Origin: the human T2T-CHM13v2.0 reference genome, Homo sapiens
Assembly: GCF_009914755.1 (NCBI RefSeq)
Contig: NC_060933.1
Direction: 5' to 3' (one strand)
DNA length: 64,000 nt
The translations under genes were made by a program, and so were the position numbers. Positions within the stretch are counted from its first letter, which is position 1; every line of letters starts with the position of its first letter. Below, piece after piece: positions 1 through 12,682 of this stretch. The notes under the pieces are model-generated. The model was not told the DNA's origin and searched no databases. It worked only from the letters and a program-made list of their open reading frames with translations.

Positions 1-218
1 ACTCTTTCTGCACTACCTGGAAGTGGACATTTGGAGCGCTTTGAGGCCTATGTTGAAAAAGGAAATATCTTCCCATAAAAACTAGACAGAAGCATTCTCA
101 GAAACTTGTTTGTGATGTGTGTATTCAACTAACAGAGATGAACCTTTCTTTTTACAGAGCAGTTTTGAAACACTCTTTTTGTGGAATCTGAAAGTGGATA
201 TTTGGATAGCTTTGAGGA

Positions 219-235
219 TTTCGTTGGAAACGGGA
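219..235 (+). promoter_or_regulatory. CENP-B box (representative; also 557, 899, 1237, 2091... throughout)
   Basis: TTTCGTTGGAAACGGGA matches the 17-bp consensus nTTCGnnnnAnnCGGGn. Spacing alternates 338/342 bp. Confidence 0.97.
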
Positions 236-385
236 TTACATATAAAACCTAGAGAGAAGCATTCTCAGGAACTTCTTTGTGATGTTTGCATTCAAGTCAC
301 AGAACTGAACATTCCCTTTCATAGAGCAGGTTTGAAACACTCTTTCGGTAGTATCTGCAAGCTGACGTTTCAAGCGCTTTCAGGC

Positions 386-402
386 CTATGGTGAGAAAGG
401 AA
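386..402 (-). promoter_or_regulatory. pJalpha (A-box)-like motif, representative of A-type monomers
   Basis: CTATGGTGAGAAAGGAA (reverse complement TTCCTTTCTCACCATAG) sits at the position equivalent to the CENP-B box in the alternate monomers. Confidence 0.75.
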
Positions 403-1578
403 ATATCTTCAAGTAAAAACTAGACAGAAGCATTCTCAGAAACTTATTTGCGATGTGTGTTCTCAACTAACAGAGTTGAACCTTTGTTTTGATATGGCAT
501 TTTGGAAACACTCTTTTTGTAGAATCTGCAGGTGGATATTCGGATAGCTTTGAAGGTTTCGTTGGAAACGGGAATATCTTCATATAAAATCTAGACGGAA
601 GCATTCTCAGAAACTGCTTTGTGATGTTTTCATTCAAGTCACAGAGTAGAATGTTCCCTGTTATATACCAGGTTTGAGACACTCTTTCTGCACTACCTGG
701 AAGTGGACATTTGCAGCGCTTTGAGGCCTATGATGAAAAAGGAAATATCTTCCCATAAAAACTAGACAGAAGCATTCTCAGAAACTTGTTTGTGATGTGT
801 GTATTCAACTAACAGAGATGAACCTTTCTTTTTACAAAGCAGTTTTGAAACACTCTTTTTGTGGAATCTGAAAGTGGATATTTGGATAGCTTTGAGGATT
901 TCGTTGGAAACGGGATTACATATAAAATCTAGAGAGAAGCATTCTCAGGAACTTCTTTGTGATGTTTGCATTCACGTCACAGAACTGAACATTCCCTTTC
1001 ATAGAGCATGTTTGAAACACTCTTTCTGTAGTATCTGCAAACGGACATTTCAAACGCTTTCAGGCCTATGGTGAGAAAGGAAATATCTTCAAATAAAAAC
1101 TAGACAGAAGCATTCTCAGAAACTTATTTGCGATGTGTGTCCTCAACTAACAGAGTTGAACCTTTCTTTTGATACAACATTTTGGAAACACTCTTTTTGT
1201 AGAATCTGCAAGTGGATATTTGAATAGCTTTGAAGGTTTCGTTGGAAACGGGAATATCTTCATATAAAATCAAGACAGAAGCATTCTCAGAAACTTCTCT
1301 GTGATGTTTGCATTCAACTCATAGAGTTGAACACTTCCCTTCATACAGCAGGTTTGAAACACTCTTTTTGTAACATTTGGAAGTGGACATTTGCAGCGCT
1401 TTGAGGCCTATGTTGAAAAAGGAAATATCTTCTCCTAAAAACCAGACAGAAGCATTCTCAGAAACTTCCTTGTGATGTGTGTACTCAAGTAACAGAGTTG
1501 AACCTTCCTTTTGACAGAGCAGTTTTGAAGCACTCTTTTTGTAGAATCTGCAAGTGGATATTTTGATACCTTTGAGGA

Positions 1579-1595
1579 TTTCGTTGGACACGGGA
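1579..1595 (+). promoter_or_regulatory. Variant CENP-B box in first trimer monomer, core retained (once per HOR)
   Basis: TTTCGTTGGACACGGGA keeps TTCG, A10 and CGGG. Confidence 0.85.
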
Positions 1596-1748
1596 TATCT
1601 TCATATAAAATCTAGACAGAAGCATTCTCAGAAACTTCTTTGTGCTGTATGTCCTCAATTAACAGAGTTGAACCTTTGTGTGGATACAGCATTTTGGAAA
1701 CATTCCTTTAGTAGAATCTGCAAGTTGATATTTAGATAGCTAGGAAGA

Positions 1749-1765
1749 TTTCCTTGGAAACGGGA
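1749..1765 (+). promoter_or_regulatory. Degenerate CENP-B box in second trimer monomer (once per HOR)
   Basis: TTTCCTTGGAAACGGGA: the core G5 is replaced by C. Confidence 0.85.
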
Positions 1766-4700
1766 ATATCTTCATATAAAATCTAGACGGAAGCATTCTC
1801 AGAAAGTGCTTTGTGATGTTTGCATTCAAGTCACAGAGTTGAATATTCCCTTTTATAGAGCAGGTTTGAAACACTCTTTCTGCACTACCTGGAAGTGGAC
1901 ATTTGGAGCGCTTTGAGGCCTATGTTGAAAAAGGAAATATCTTCCCATAAAAACTAGACAGAAGCATTCTCAGAAACTTGTTTGTGATGTGTGTATTCAA
2001 CTAACAGAGATGAACCTTTCTTTTTACAGAGCAGTTTTGAAACACTCTTTTTGTGGAATCTGAAAGTGGATATTTGGATAGCTTTGAGGATTTCGTTGGA
2101 AACGGGATTACATATAAAACCTAGAGAGAAGCATTCTCAGGAACTTCTTTGTGATGTTTGCCTTCAAGTCACAGGACTGAACATTCCCTTTCATAGAGCA
2201 GGTTTGAAACACTCTTTCTGTAGTATCTGCAAGCTGACGTTTCAAGCGCTTTCAGGCCTATGGTGAGAAAGGAAATATCTTCAAGTAAAAACTAGACAGA
2301 AGCATTCTCAGAAACTTATTTGCCATGTGTGTTCTCAACTAACAGAGTTGAACCTTTGTTTTGATACGGCATTTTGGAAACACTCTTTTTGTAGAATCTG
2401 CAGGTGGATATTCGGATAGCTTTGAAGGTTTCGTTGGAAACGGGAATATCTTCATATAAAATCTTGACGGAAGCATTCTCAGAAACTGCTTTGTGATGTT
2501 TTCATTCAAGTCACAGAGTAGAATCTTCCCTGTTATATACCAGGTTTGAGACACTCTTTCTGCACTACCTGGAAGTGGACATTTGCAGCGCTTTGAGGCC
2601 TATGATGAAAAAGGAAATATCTTCCCATAAAAACTAGACAGAAGCATTCTCAGAAACTTGTTTGTGATGTGTGTATTCAACTAACAGAGATGAACCTTTC
2701 TTTTTACAGAGCAGTTTTGAAACACTCTTTTTGTGGAATCTGAAAGTGGATATTTGGATAGCTTTGAGGATTTCGTTGGAAACGGGATTACATATAAAAT
2801 CTAGAGAGAAGCATTCTCAGGAACTTCTTTGTGATGTTTGCATTCACGTCACAGAACTGAACATTCCCTTTCATAGAGCATGTTTGAAACACTCTTTCTG
2901 TAGTATCTGCAAACGGACATTTCAAACGCTTTCAGGCCTATGGTGAGAAAGGAAATATCTTCAAATAAAAACTAGACAGAAGCATTCTCAGAAACTTATT
3001 TGCGATGTGTGTCCTCAACTAACAGAGTTGAACCTTTCTTTTGATACAACATTTTGGAAACACTCTTTTTGTGGAATCTGCAAGTGGATATTTGGATAGC
3101 TTTGAAGGTTTCGTTGGAAACGGGAATATCTTCATATAAAATCAAGACAGAAGCATTCTCAGAAACTTCTCTGTGATGTTTGCATTCAACTCATAGAGTT
3201 GAACACTTCCCTTCATACAGCAGGTTTGAAACACTCTTTTTCTAATATTTGGAAGTGGACTTTTGCAGCGCTTTGAAGCCTATGATGAAAAAGGTAATAT
3301 CTTCCCATAAAAACTAGAAAGAAGCATTCTCAGAAACTTGTTTGTGATGTGTGTATTCAACTAACAGAGATGAACCTTTCTTTTTACAGAGCAGTTTTGA
3401 AGCACTCTTTTTGTAGAATCTGCAAGTGGATATTTTGATACCATTGAGGATTTCGTTGGACACGGGATATCTTCATATAAAATCTAGACAGAAGCATTCT
3501 CAGAAACTTCTTTGTGCTGTATGTCCTCAATTAACAGAGTTGAACCTTTGTGTGGATACAGCATTTTGGAAACATTCCTTTAGTAGAATCTGCAAGTTGA
3601 TATTTAGATAGCTAGGAAGAGTTCCTTGGAAACGGGAATATCTTCATATAAAATCTAGACGGAAGCATTCTCAGAAAGTGCTTTGTGATGTTTGCATTCA
3701 AGTCACAGAGTTGAATGTTCCCTTTTATAGAGCAGGTTTGAAACACTCTTTCTGCACTACCTGGAAGTGGACATTTGGAGCGCTTTGAGGCCTATGTTGA
3801 AAAAGGAAATATCTTCCCATAAAAACTAGACAGAAGCATTCTCAGAAACTTGTTTGTGATGTGTGTATTCAACTAACAGAGATGAACCTTTCTTTTTACA
3901 GAGCAGTTTTGAAACACTCTTTTTGTGGAATCTGAAAGTGGATATTTGGATAGCTTTGAGGATTTCGTTGGAAACGGGATTACATATAAAACCTAGAGAG
4001 AAGCATTCTCAGGAACTTCTTTGTGATGTTTGCATTCAAGTCACAGAACTGAACATTCCCTTTCATAGAGCAGGTTTGAAACACTCTTTCTGTAGTATCT
4101 GCAAGCTGACGTTTCAAGCGCTTTCAGGCCTATGGTGAGAAAGGAAATATCTTCAAGTAAAAACTAGACAGAAGCATTCTCAGAAACTTATTTGCGATGT
4201 GTGTTCTCAACTAACAGAGTTGAACCTTTGTTTTGATATGGCATTTTGGAAACACTCTTTTTGTAGAATCTGCAGGTGGATATTCGGATAGCTTTGAAGG
4301 TTTCGTTGGAAACGGGAATATCTTCATATAAAATCTAGACGGAAGCATTCTCAGAAACTGCTTTGTGATGTTTTCATTCAAGTCACAGAGTAGAATGTTC
4401 CCTGTTATATACCAGGTTTGAGACACTCTTTCTGCACTACCTGGAAGTGGACATTTGCAGCGCTTTGAGGCCTATGATGAAAAAGGAAATATCTTCCCAT
4501 AAAAACTAGACAGAAGCATTCTCAGAAACTTGTTTGTGATGTGTGTATTCAACTAACAGAGATGAACCTTTCTTTTTACAGAGCAGTTTTGAAACACTCT
4601 TTTTGTGGAATCTGAAAGTGGATATTTGGATAGCTTTGAGGATTTCGTTGGAAACGGGATTACATATAAAATCTAGAGAGAAGCATTCTCAGGAACTTCT

Positions 4701-7700
4701 TTGTGATGTTTGCATTCACGTCACAGAACTGAACATTCCCTTTCATAGAGCATGTTTGAAACACTCTTTCTGTAGTATCTACAAACGGACATTTCAAACG
4801 CTTTCAGGCCTATGGTGAGAAAGGAAATATCTTCAAATAAAAACTAGACAGAAGCATTCTCAGAAACTTATTTGCGATGTGTGTCCTCAACTAACAGAGT
4901 TGAACCTTTCTTTTGATACAACATTTTGGAAACACTCTTTTTGTAGAATCTGCAAGTGGATATTTGAATAGCTTTGAAGGTTTCGTTGGAAACGGGAATA
5001 TCTTCATATAAAATCAAGACAGAAGCATTCTCAGAAACTTCTCTGTGATGTTTGCATTCAACTCATAGAGTTGAACACTTCCCTTCATACAGCAGGTTTG
5101 AAACACTCTTTTTGTAACATTTGGAAGTGGACATTTGCAGCGCTTTGAGGCCTATGTTGAAAAAGGAAATATCTTCTCCTAAAAACCAGACAGAAGCATT
5201 CTCAGAAACTTCCTTGTGATGTGTGTACTCAAGTAACAGAGTTGAACCTTCCTTTTGACAGAGCAGTTTTGAAGCACTCTTTTTGTAGAATCTGCAAGTG
5301 GATATTTTGATACCTTTGAGGATTTCGTTGGACACGGGATATCTTCATATAAAATCTAGACAGAAGCATTCTCAGAAACTTCTTTGTGCTGTATGTCCTC
5401 AATTAACAGAGTTGAACCTTTGTGTGGATACAGCATTTTGGAAACATTCCTTTAGTAGAATCTGCAAGTTGATATTTAGATAGCTAGGAAGATTTCCTTG
5501 GAAACGGGAATATCTTCATATAAAATCTAGACGGAAGCATTCTCAGAAAGTGCTTTGTGATGTTTGCATTCAAGTCACAGAGTTGAATATTCCCTTTTAT
5601 AGAGCAGGTTTGAAACACTCTTTCTGCACTACCTGGAAGTGGACATTTGGAGCGCTTTGAGGCCTATGTTGAAAAAGGAAATATCTTCCCATAAAAACTA
5701 GACAGAAGCATTCTCAGAAACTTGTTTGTGATGTGTGTATTCAACTAACAGAGATGAACCTTTCTTTTTACAGAGCAGTTTTGAAACACTCTTTTTGTGG
5801 AATCTGAAAGTGGATATTTGGATAGCTTTGAGGATTTCGTTGGAAACGGGATTACATATAAAACCTAGAGAGAAGCATTCTCAGGAACTTCTTTGTGATG
5901 TTTGCCTTCAAGTCACAGGACTGAACATTCCCTTTCATAGAGCAGGTTTGAAACACTCTTTCTGTAGTATCTGCAAGCTGACGTTTCAAGCGCTTTCAGG
6001 CCTATGGTGAGAAAGGAAATATCTTCAAGTAAAAACTAGACAGAAGCATTCTCAGAAACTTATTTGCCATGTGTGTTCTCAACTAACAGAGTTGAACCTT
6101 TGTTTTGATACGGCATTTTGGAAACACTCTTTTTGTAGAATCTGCAGGTGGATATTCGGATAGCTTTGAAGGTTTCGTTGGAAACGGGAATATCTTCATA
6201 TAAAATCTTGACGGAAGCATTCTCAGAAACTGCTTTGTGATGTTTTCATTCAAGTCACAGAGTAGAATCTTCCCTGTTATATACCAGGTTTCAGACACTC
6301 TTTCTGCACTACCTGGAAGTGGACATTTGCAGCGCTTTGAGGCCTATGATGAAAAAGGAAATATCTTCCCATAAAAACTAGACAGAAGCATTCTCAGAAA
6401 CTTGTTTGTGATGTGTGTATTCAACTAACAGAGATGAACCTTTCTTTTTACAGAGCAGTTTTGAAACACTCTTTTTGTGGAATCTGAAAGTGGATATTTG
6501 GATAGCTTTGAGGATTTCGTTGGAAACGGGATTACATATAAAATCTAGAGAGAAGCATTCTCAGGAACTTCTTTGTGATGTTTGCATTCACGTCACAGAA
6601 CTGAACATTCCCTTTCATAGAGCATGTTTGAAACACTCTTTCTGTAGTATCTGCAAACGGACATTTCAAACGCTTTCAGGCCTATGGTGAGAAAGGAAAT
6701 ATCTTCAAATAAAAACTAGACAGAAGCATTCTCAGAAACTTATTTGCGATGTGTGTCCTCAACTAACAGAGTTGAACCTTTCTTTTGATACAACATTTTG
6801 GAAACACTCTTTTTGTGGAATCTGCAAGTGGATATTTGGATAGCTTTGAAGGTTTCATTGGAAACGGGAATATCTTCATATAAAATCAAGACAGAAGCAT
6901 TCTCAGAAACTTCTCTGTGATGTTTGCATTCAACTCATAGAGTTGAACACTTCCCTTCATACAGCAGGTTTGAAACACTCTTTTTCTAATATTTGGAAGT
7001 GGACTTTTGCAGCGCTTTGAAGCCTATGATGAAAAAGGTAATATCTTCCCATAAAAACTAGAAAGAAGCATTCTCAGAAACTTGTTTGTGATGTGTGTAT
7101 TCAACTAACAGAGATGAACCTTTCTTTTTACAGAGCAGTTTTGAAGCACTCTTTTTGTAGAATCTGCAAGTGGATATTTTGATACCATTGAGGATTTCGT
7201 TGGACACGGGATATCTTCATATAAAATCTAGACAGAAGCATTCTCAGAAACTTCTTTGTGCTGTATGTCCTCAATTAACAGAGTTGAACCTTTGTGTGGA
7301 TACAGCATTTTGGAAACATTCCTTTAGTAGAATCTGCAAGTTGATATTTAGATAGCTAGGAAGAGTTCCTTGGAAACGGGAATATCTTCATATAAAATCT
7401 AGACGGAAGCATTCTCAGAAAGTGCTTTGTGATGTTTGCATTCAAGTCACAGAGTTGAATGTTCCCTTTTATAGAGCAGGTTTGAAACACTCTTTCTGCA
7501 CTACCTGGAAGTGGACATTTGGAGCGCTTTGAGGCCTATGTTGAAAAAGGAAATATCTTCCCATAAAAACTAGACAGAAGCATTCTCAGAAACTTGTTTG
7601 TGATGTGTGTATTCAACTAACAGAGATGAACCTTTCTTTTTACAGAGCAGTTTTGAAACACTCTTTTTGTGGAATCTGAAAGTGGATATTTGGATAGCTT

Positions 7701-9450
7701 TGAGGATTTCGTTGGAAACGGGATTACATATAAAACCTAGAGAGAAGCATTCTCAGGAACTTCTTTGTGATGTTTGCATTCAAGTCACAGAACTGAACAT
7801 TCCCTTTCATAGAGCAGGTTTGAAACACTCTTTCTGTAGTATCTGCAAGCTGACGTTTCAAGCGCTTTCAGGCCTATGGTGAGAAAGGAAATATCTTCAA
7901 GTAAAAACTAGACAGAAGCATTCTCAGAAACTTATTTGCGATGTGTGTTCTCAACTAACAGAGTTGAACCTTTGTTTTGATATGGCATTTTGGAAACACT
8001 CTTTTTGTAGAATCTGCAGGTGGATATTCGGATAGCTTTGAAGGTTTCGTTGGAAACGGGAATATCTTCATATAAAATCTAGACGGAAGCATTCTCAGAA
8101 ACTGCTTTGTGATGTTTTCATTCAAGTCACAGAGTAGAATGTTCCCTGTTATATACCAGGTTTGAGACACTCTTTCTGCACTACCTGGAAGTGGACATTT
8201 GCAGCGCTTTGAGGCCTATGATGAAAAAGGAAATATCTTCCCATAAAAACTAGACAGAAGCATTCTCAGAAACTTGTTTGTGATGTGTGTATTCAACTAA
8301 CAGAGATGAACCTTTCTTTTTACAGAGCAGTTTTGAAACACTCTTTTTGTGGAATCTGAAAGTGGATATTTGGATAGCTTTGAGGATTTCGTTGGAAACG
8401 GGATTACATATAAAATCTAGAGAGAAGCATTCTCAGGAACTTCTTTGTGATGTTTGCATTCACGTCACAGAACTGAACATTCCCTTTCATAGAGCATGTT
8501 TGAAACACTCTTTCTGTAGTATCTACAAACGGACATTTCAAACGCTTTCAGGCCTGTGGTGAGAAAGGAAATATCTTCAAATAAAAACTAGACAGAAGCA
8601 TTCTCAGAAACTTATTTGCGATGTGTGTCCTCAACTAACAGAGTTGAACCTTTCTTTTGATACAACATTTTGGAAACACTCTTTTTGTAGAATCTGCAAG
8701 TGGATATTTGGATAGCTTTGAAGGTTTCTTTGGAAACGGGAATATCTTCATATGAAATCAAGACAGAAGCATTCTCAGAAACTTCTCTGTGATGTTTGCA
8801 TTCAACTCATAGAGTTGAACACTTCCCTTCATACAGCAGGTTTGAAACACTCTTTTTCTAATATTTGGAAGTGGACATTTGCAGCGCTTTGAGGCCTATG
8901 TTGAAAAAGGAAATATCTTCTCCTAAAAACCAGACAGAAGCATTCTCAGAAACTTCCTTGTGATGTGTGTACTCAAGTAACAGAGTTGAACCTTCCTTTT
9001 GACAGAGCAGTTTTGAAGCACTCTTTTTGTAGAATCTGCAAGTGGATATTTTGATACCTTTGAGGATTTCGTTGGACACGGGATATCTTCATATAAAATC
9101 TAGACAGAAGCATTCTCAGAAACTTCTTTGTGCTGTATGTCCTCAATTAACAGAGTTGAACCTTTGTGTGGATACAGCATTTTGGAAACATTCCTTTAGT
9201 AGAATCTGCAAGTTGATATTTAGATAGCTAGGAAGATTTCCTTGGAAACGGGAATATCTTCATATAAAATCTAGACGGAAGCATTCTCAGAAAGTGCTTT
9301 GTGATGTCTTCATTCAAGTCACAGAGTAGAATGTTCCCTTTTATAGAGCAGGTTTGAAACACTCTTTCTGCACTACCTGGAAGTGGACATTTGGAGCGCT
9401 TTGAGGCCTATGTTGAAAAACGAAATATCTTCCCATAAAAACTAGACAGA

Positions 9451-12400
9451 AGCATTCTCAGAAACTTGTTTGTGATGTGTGTATTCAACTAACAGAGATG
9501 AACCTTTCTTTTTACAGAGCAGTTTTGAAACACTCTTTTTGTGGAATCTGAAAGTGGATATTTGGATAGCTTTGAGGATTTCGTTGGAAACGGGATTACA
9601 TATAAAACCTAGAGAGAAGCATTCTCAGGAACTTCTTTGTGATGTTTGCCTTCAAGTCACAGGACTGAACATTCCCTTTCATAGAGCAGGTTTGAAACAC
9701 TCTTTCTGTAGTATCTGCAAGCTGACGTTTCAAGCGCTTTCAGGCCTATGGTGACAAAGGAAATATCTTCAAGTAAAAACTAGACAGAAGCATTCTCAGA
9801 AACTTATTTGCGATGTGTGTTCTCAACTAACAGAGTTGAACCTTTGTTTTGATATGGCATTTTGGAAACACTCTTTTTGTAGAATCTGCAGGTGGATATT
9901 CGGATAGCTTTGAAGGTTTCGTTGGAAACGGGAATATCTTCATATAAAATCTAGACGGAAGCATTCTCAGAAACTGCTTTGTGATGTTTTCATTCAAGTC
10001 ACAGAGTAGAATGTTCCCTGTTATATACCAGGTTTGAGACACTCTTTCTGCACTACCTGGAAGTGGACGTTTGGAGCGCTTTGAGGCCTATGTTGAAAAA
10101 GGAAATATCTTCCCATAAAAACTAGACAGAAGCATTCTCAGAAACTTGTTTGTGATGTGTGTATTCAACTAACAGAGATGAACCTTTCTTTTTACAGAGC
10201 AGTTTTGAAACACTCTTTTTGTGGAATCTGAAAGTGGATATTTGGATAGCTTTGAGGATTTCGTTGGAAACGGGATTACATATAAAACCTAGAGAGAAGC
10301 ATTCTCAGGAACTTCTTTGTGATGTTTGCATTCAAGTCACAGAACTCAACATTCCCTTTCATAGAGCAGGTTTGAAACACTCTTTCTGTAGTATCTGCAA
10401 GCTGACGTTTCAAGCGCTTTCAGGCCTATGGTGAGAAAGGAAATATCTTCAAGTAAAAACTAGACAGAAGCATTCTCAGAAACTTATTTGCGATGTGTGT
10501 TCTCAACTAACAGAGTTGAACCTTTGTTTTGATATGGCATTTTGGAAACACTCTTTTTGTAGAATCTGCAGGTGGATATTCGGATAGCTTTGAAGGTTTC
10601 GTTGGAAACGGGAATATCTTCATATAAAATCTAGACGGAAGCATTCTCAGAAACTGCTTTGTGATGTTTTCATTCAAGTCACAGAGTAGAATGTTCCCTG
10701 TTATATACGAGGTTTGAGACACTCTTTCTGCACTACCTGGAAGTGGACATTTGCAGCGCTTTGAGGCCTATGATGAAAAAGGAAATATCTTCCCATAAAA
10801 ACTAGACAGAAGCATTCTCAGAAACTTGTTTTTGATGTGTGTATTCAACTAACAGAGATGAACCTTTCTTTTTACAGAGCAGTTTTGAAACACTCTTTTT
10901 GTGGAATCTGAAAGTGGATATTTGGATAGCTTTGAGGATTTCGTTGGAAACGGGATTACATATAAAATCTAGAGAGAAGCATTCTCAGGAACTTCTTTGT
11001 GATGTTTGCATTCACGTCACAGAACTGAACATTCCCTTTCATAGAGCATGTTTGAAACACTCTTTCTGTAGTATCTGCAAACGGACATTTCAAACGCTTT
11101 CAGGCCTATGGTGAGAAAGGAAATATCTTCAAATAAAAACTAGACAGAAGCATTCTCAGAAACTTATTTGCGATGTGTGTCCTCAACTAACAGAGTTGAA
11201 CCTTTCTTTTGATACAACATTTTGGAAACACTCTTTTTGTAGAATCTGCAAGTGGATATTTGAATAGCTTTGAAGGTTTCGTTGGAAACGGGAATATCTT
11301 CATATAAAATCAAGACAGAAGCATTCTCAGAAACTTCTCTGTGATGTTTGCATTCAACTCATAGAGTTGAACACTTCCCTTCATACAGCAGGTTTGAAAC
11401 ACTCTTTTTGTAATATTTGGAAGTGGACATTTGCAGCGCTTTGAGGCCTATGATGAAAAAGGTAATATCTTCCCATAAAAACTAGACAGAAGCATTCTCA
11501 GAAACTTGTTTGTGATGTGTGTATTCAACTAACAGAGATGAACCTTTCTTTTTACAGAGCAGTTTTGAAACACTCTTTTTGTGGAATCTGAAAGTGGATA
11601 TTTGGATAGCTTTGCGGATTTCGTTGGAAACGGGATTACATATAAAATCTAGGGAGAAGCATTCTCAGGAACTTCTTTGTGATGTTTGCATTCAAGTCAC
11701 AGAACTGAACATTCCCTTTCATAGAGCAGGTTTGAAACACTCTTTCTGTAGTATCTGCAAGCGGACGTTTTAAGCGCTTTCAGGCCTGTGGTGAGAAAGG
11801 AAATATCTTCAAATAAAAACTAGACAGAAGTATTCTCAGAAACTTATTTGCGATGTGTGTCCTCAACTAACAGAGTTGAACCTTTCTTTTGATACAACAT
11901 TTTGGAAACACTCTTTTTGTAGAATCTGCAAGTGGATATTTGGATAGCTTTGAAGGTTTCGTTGGAAACGGGAATATCTTCATATGAAATCAAGACAGAA
12001 GCATTCTCAGAAACTTCTCTGTGATGTTTGCATTCAACTCATAGAGTTGAACACTTCCCTTCATACAGCAGGTTTGAAACACTCTTTTTCTAATATTTGG
12101 AAGTGGACATTTGCAGCGCTTTGAGGCCTATGTTGAAAAAGGAAATATCTTCTCCTAAAAACCAGACAGAAGCATTCTCAGAAACTTCCTTGTGATGTGT
12201 GTACTCAAGTAACAGAGTTGAACCTTGCTTTTGACAGAGCAGTTTTGAAGCACTCTTTTTGTAGAATCTGCAAGTGGATATTTTGATACCTTTGAGGATT
12301 TCGTTGGACACGGGATATCTTCATATAAAATCTAGACAGAAGCATTCTCAGAAACTTCTTTGTGCTGTATGTCCTCAATTAACAGAGTTGAACCTTTGTG

Positions 12401-12682
12401 TGGATACAGCATTTTGGAAACATTCCTTTAGAAGAATCTGCAAGTTGATATTTAGATAGCTAGGAAGATTTCCTTGGAAACGGGAATATCTTCATATAAA
12501 ATCTAGACGGAAGCATTCTCAGAAAGTGCTTTGTGATGTTTGCATTCAAGTCACAGAGTTGAATATTCCCTTTTATAGAGCAGGTTTGAAACACTCTTTC
12601 TGCACTACCTGGAAGTGGACATTTGGAGCGCTTTGAGGCCTATGTTGAAAAAGGAAATATCTTCCCATAAAAACTAGACAGA
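9451..12682 (+). repeat. 19-mer HOR (3232 bp): tetramers A 9451-10130, A' 10131-10810, B 10811-11490, B' 11491-12170, trimer 12171-12682
   Basis: Marker spacing 9042 to 12274 = 3232; tetramer ORFs at 9479, 10159, 10839, 11519 (680 apart). Confidence 0.95.

Larger units (their letters stand above)
91..9450 (+). repeat. Five 11-mer HORs (1872 bp): classes a,b,a,b,c starting 91, 1963, 3835, 5707, 7579
   Basis: Once-per-HOR marker ORF at 1554, 3426, 5298, 7170, 9042 (spacing 1872). Confidence 0.95.

Noticed and set aside
35-49. Short palindromes (AGCGCT, AGGCCT; TCTAGA elsewhere) as cruciform or terminator elements
   Set aside because: These are only 6-bp consensus palindromes; I saw no long inverted repeats.
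241-247. TATA-like TATAAAA downstream of CENP-B boxes
   Set aside because: It is part of the ordinary alpha-satellite consensus; the sequence alone gives no promoter evidence.
91-9450. Assignment to 11-mer arrays D13Z1/D21Z1, D8Z2 or D15Z3 based on the ~1.87-kb period
   Set aside because: The 11-mers here look like heterogeneous derivatives of a 3232-bp 19-mer with near-identical internal tetramers, which fits chr4/chr9-type arrays better. This is not formally excluded without alignment.
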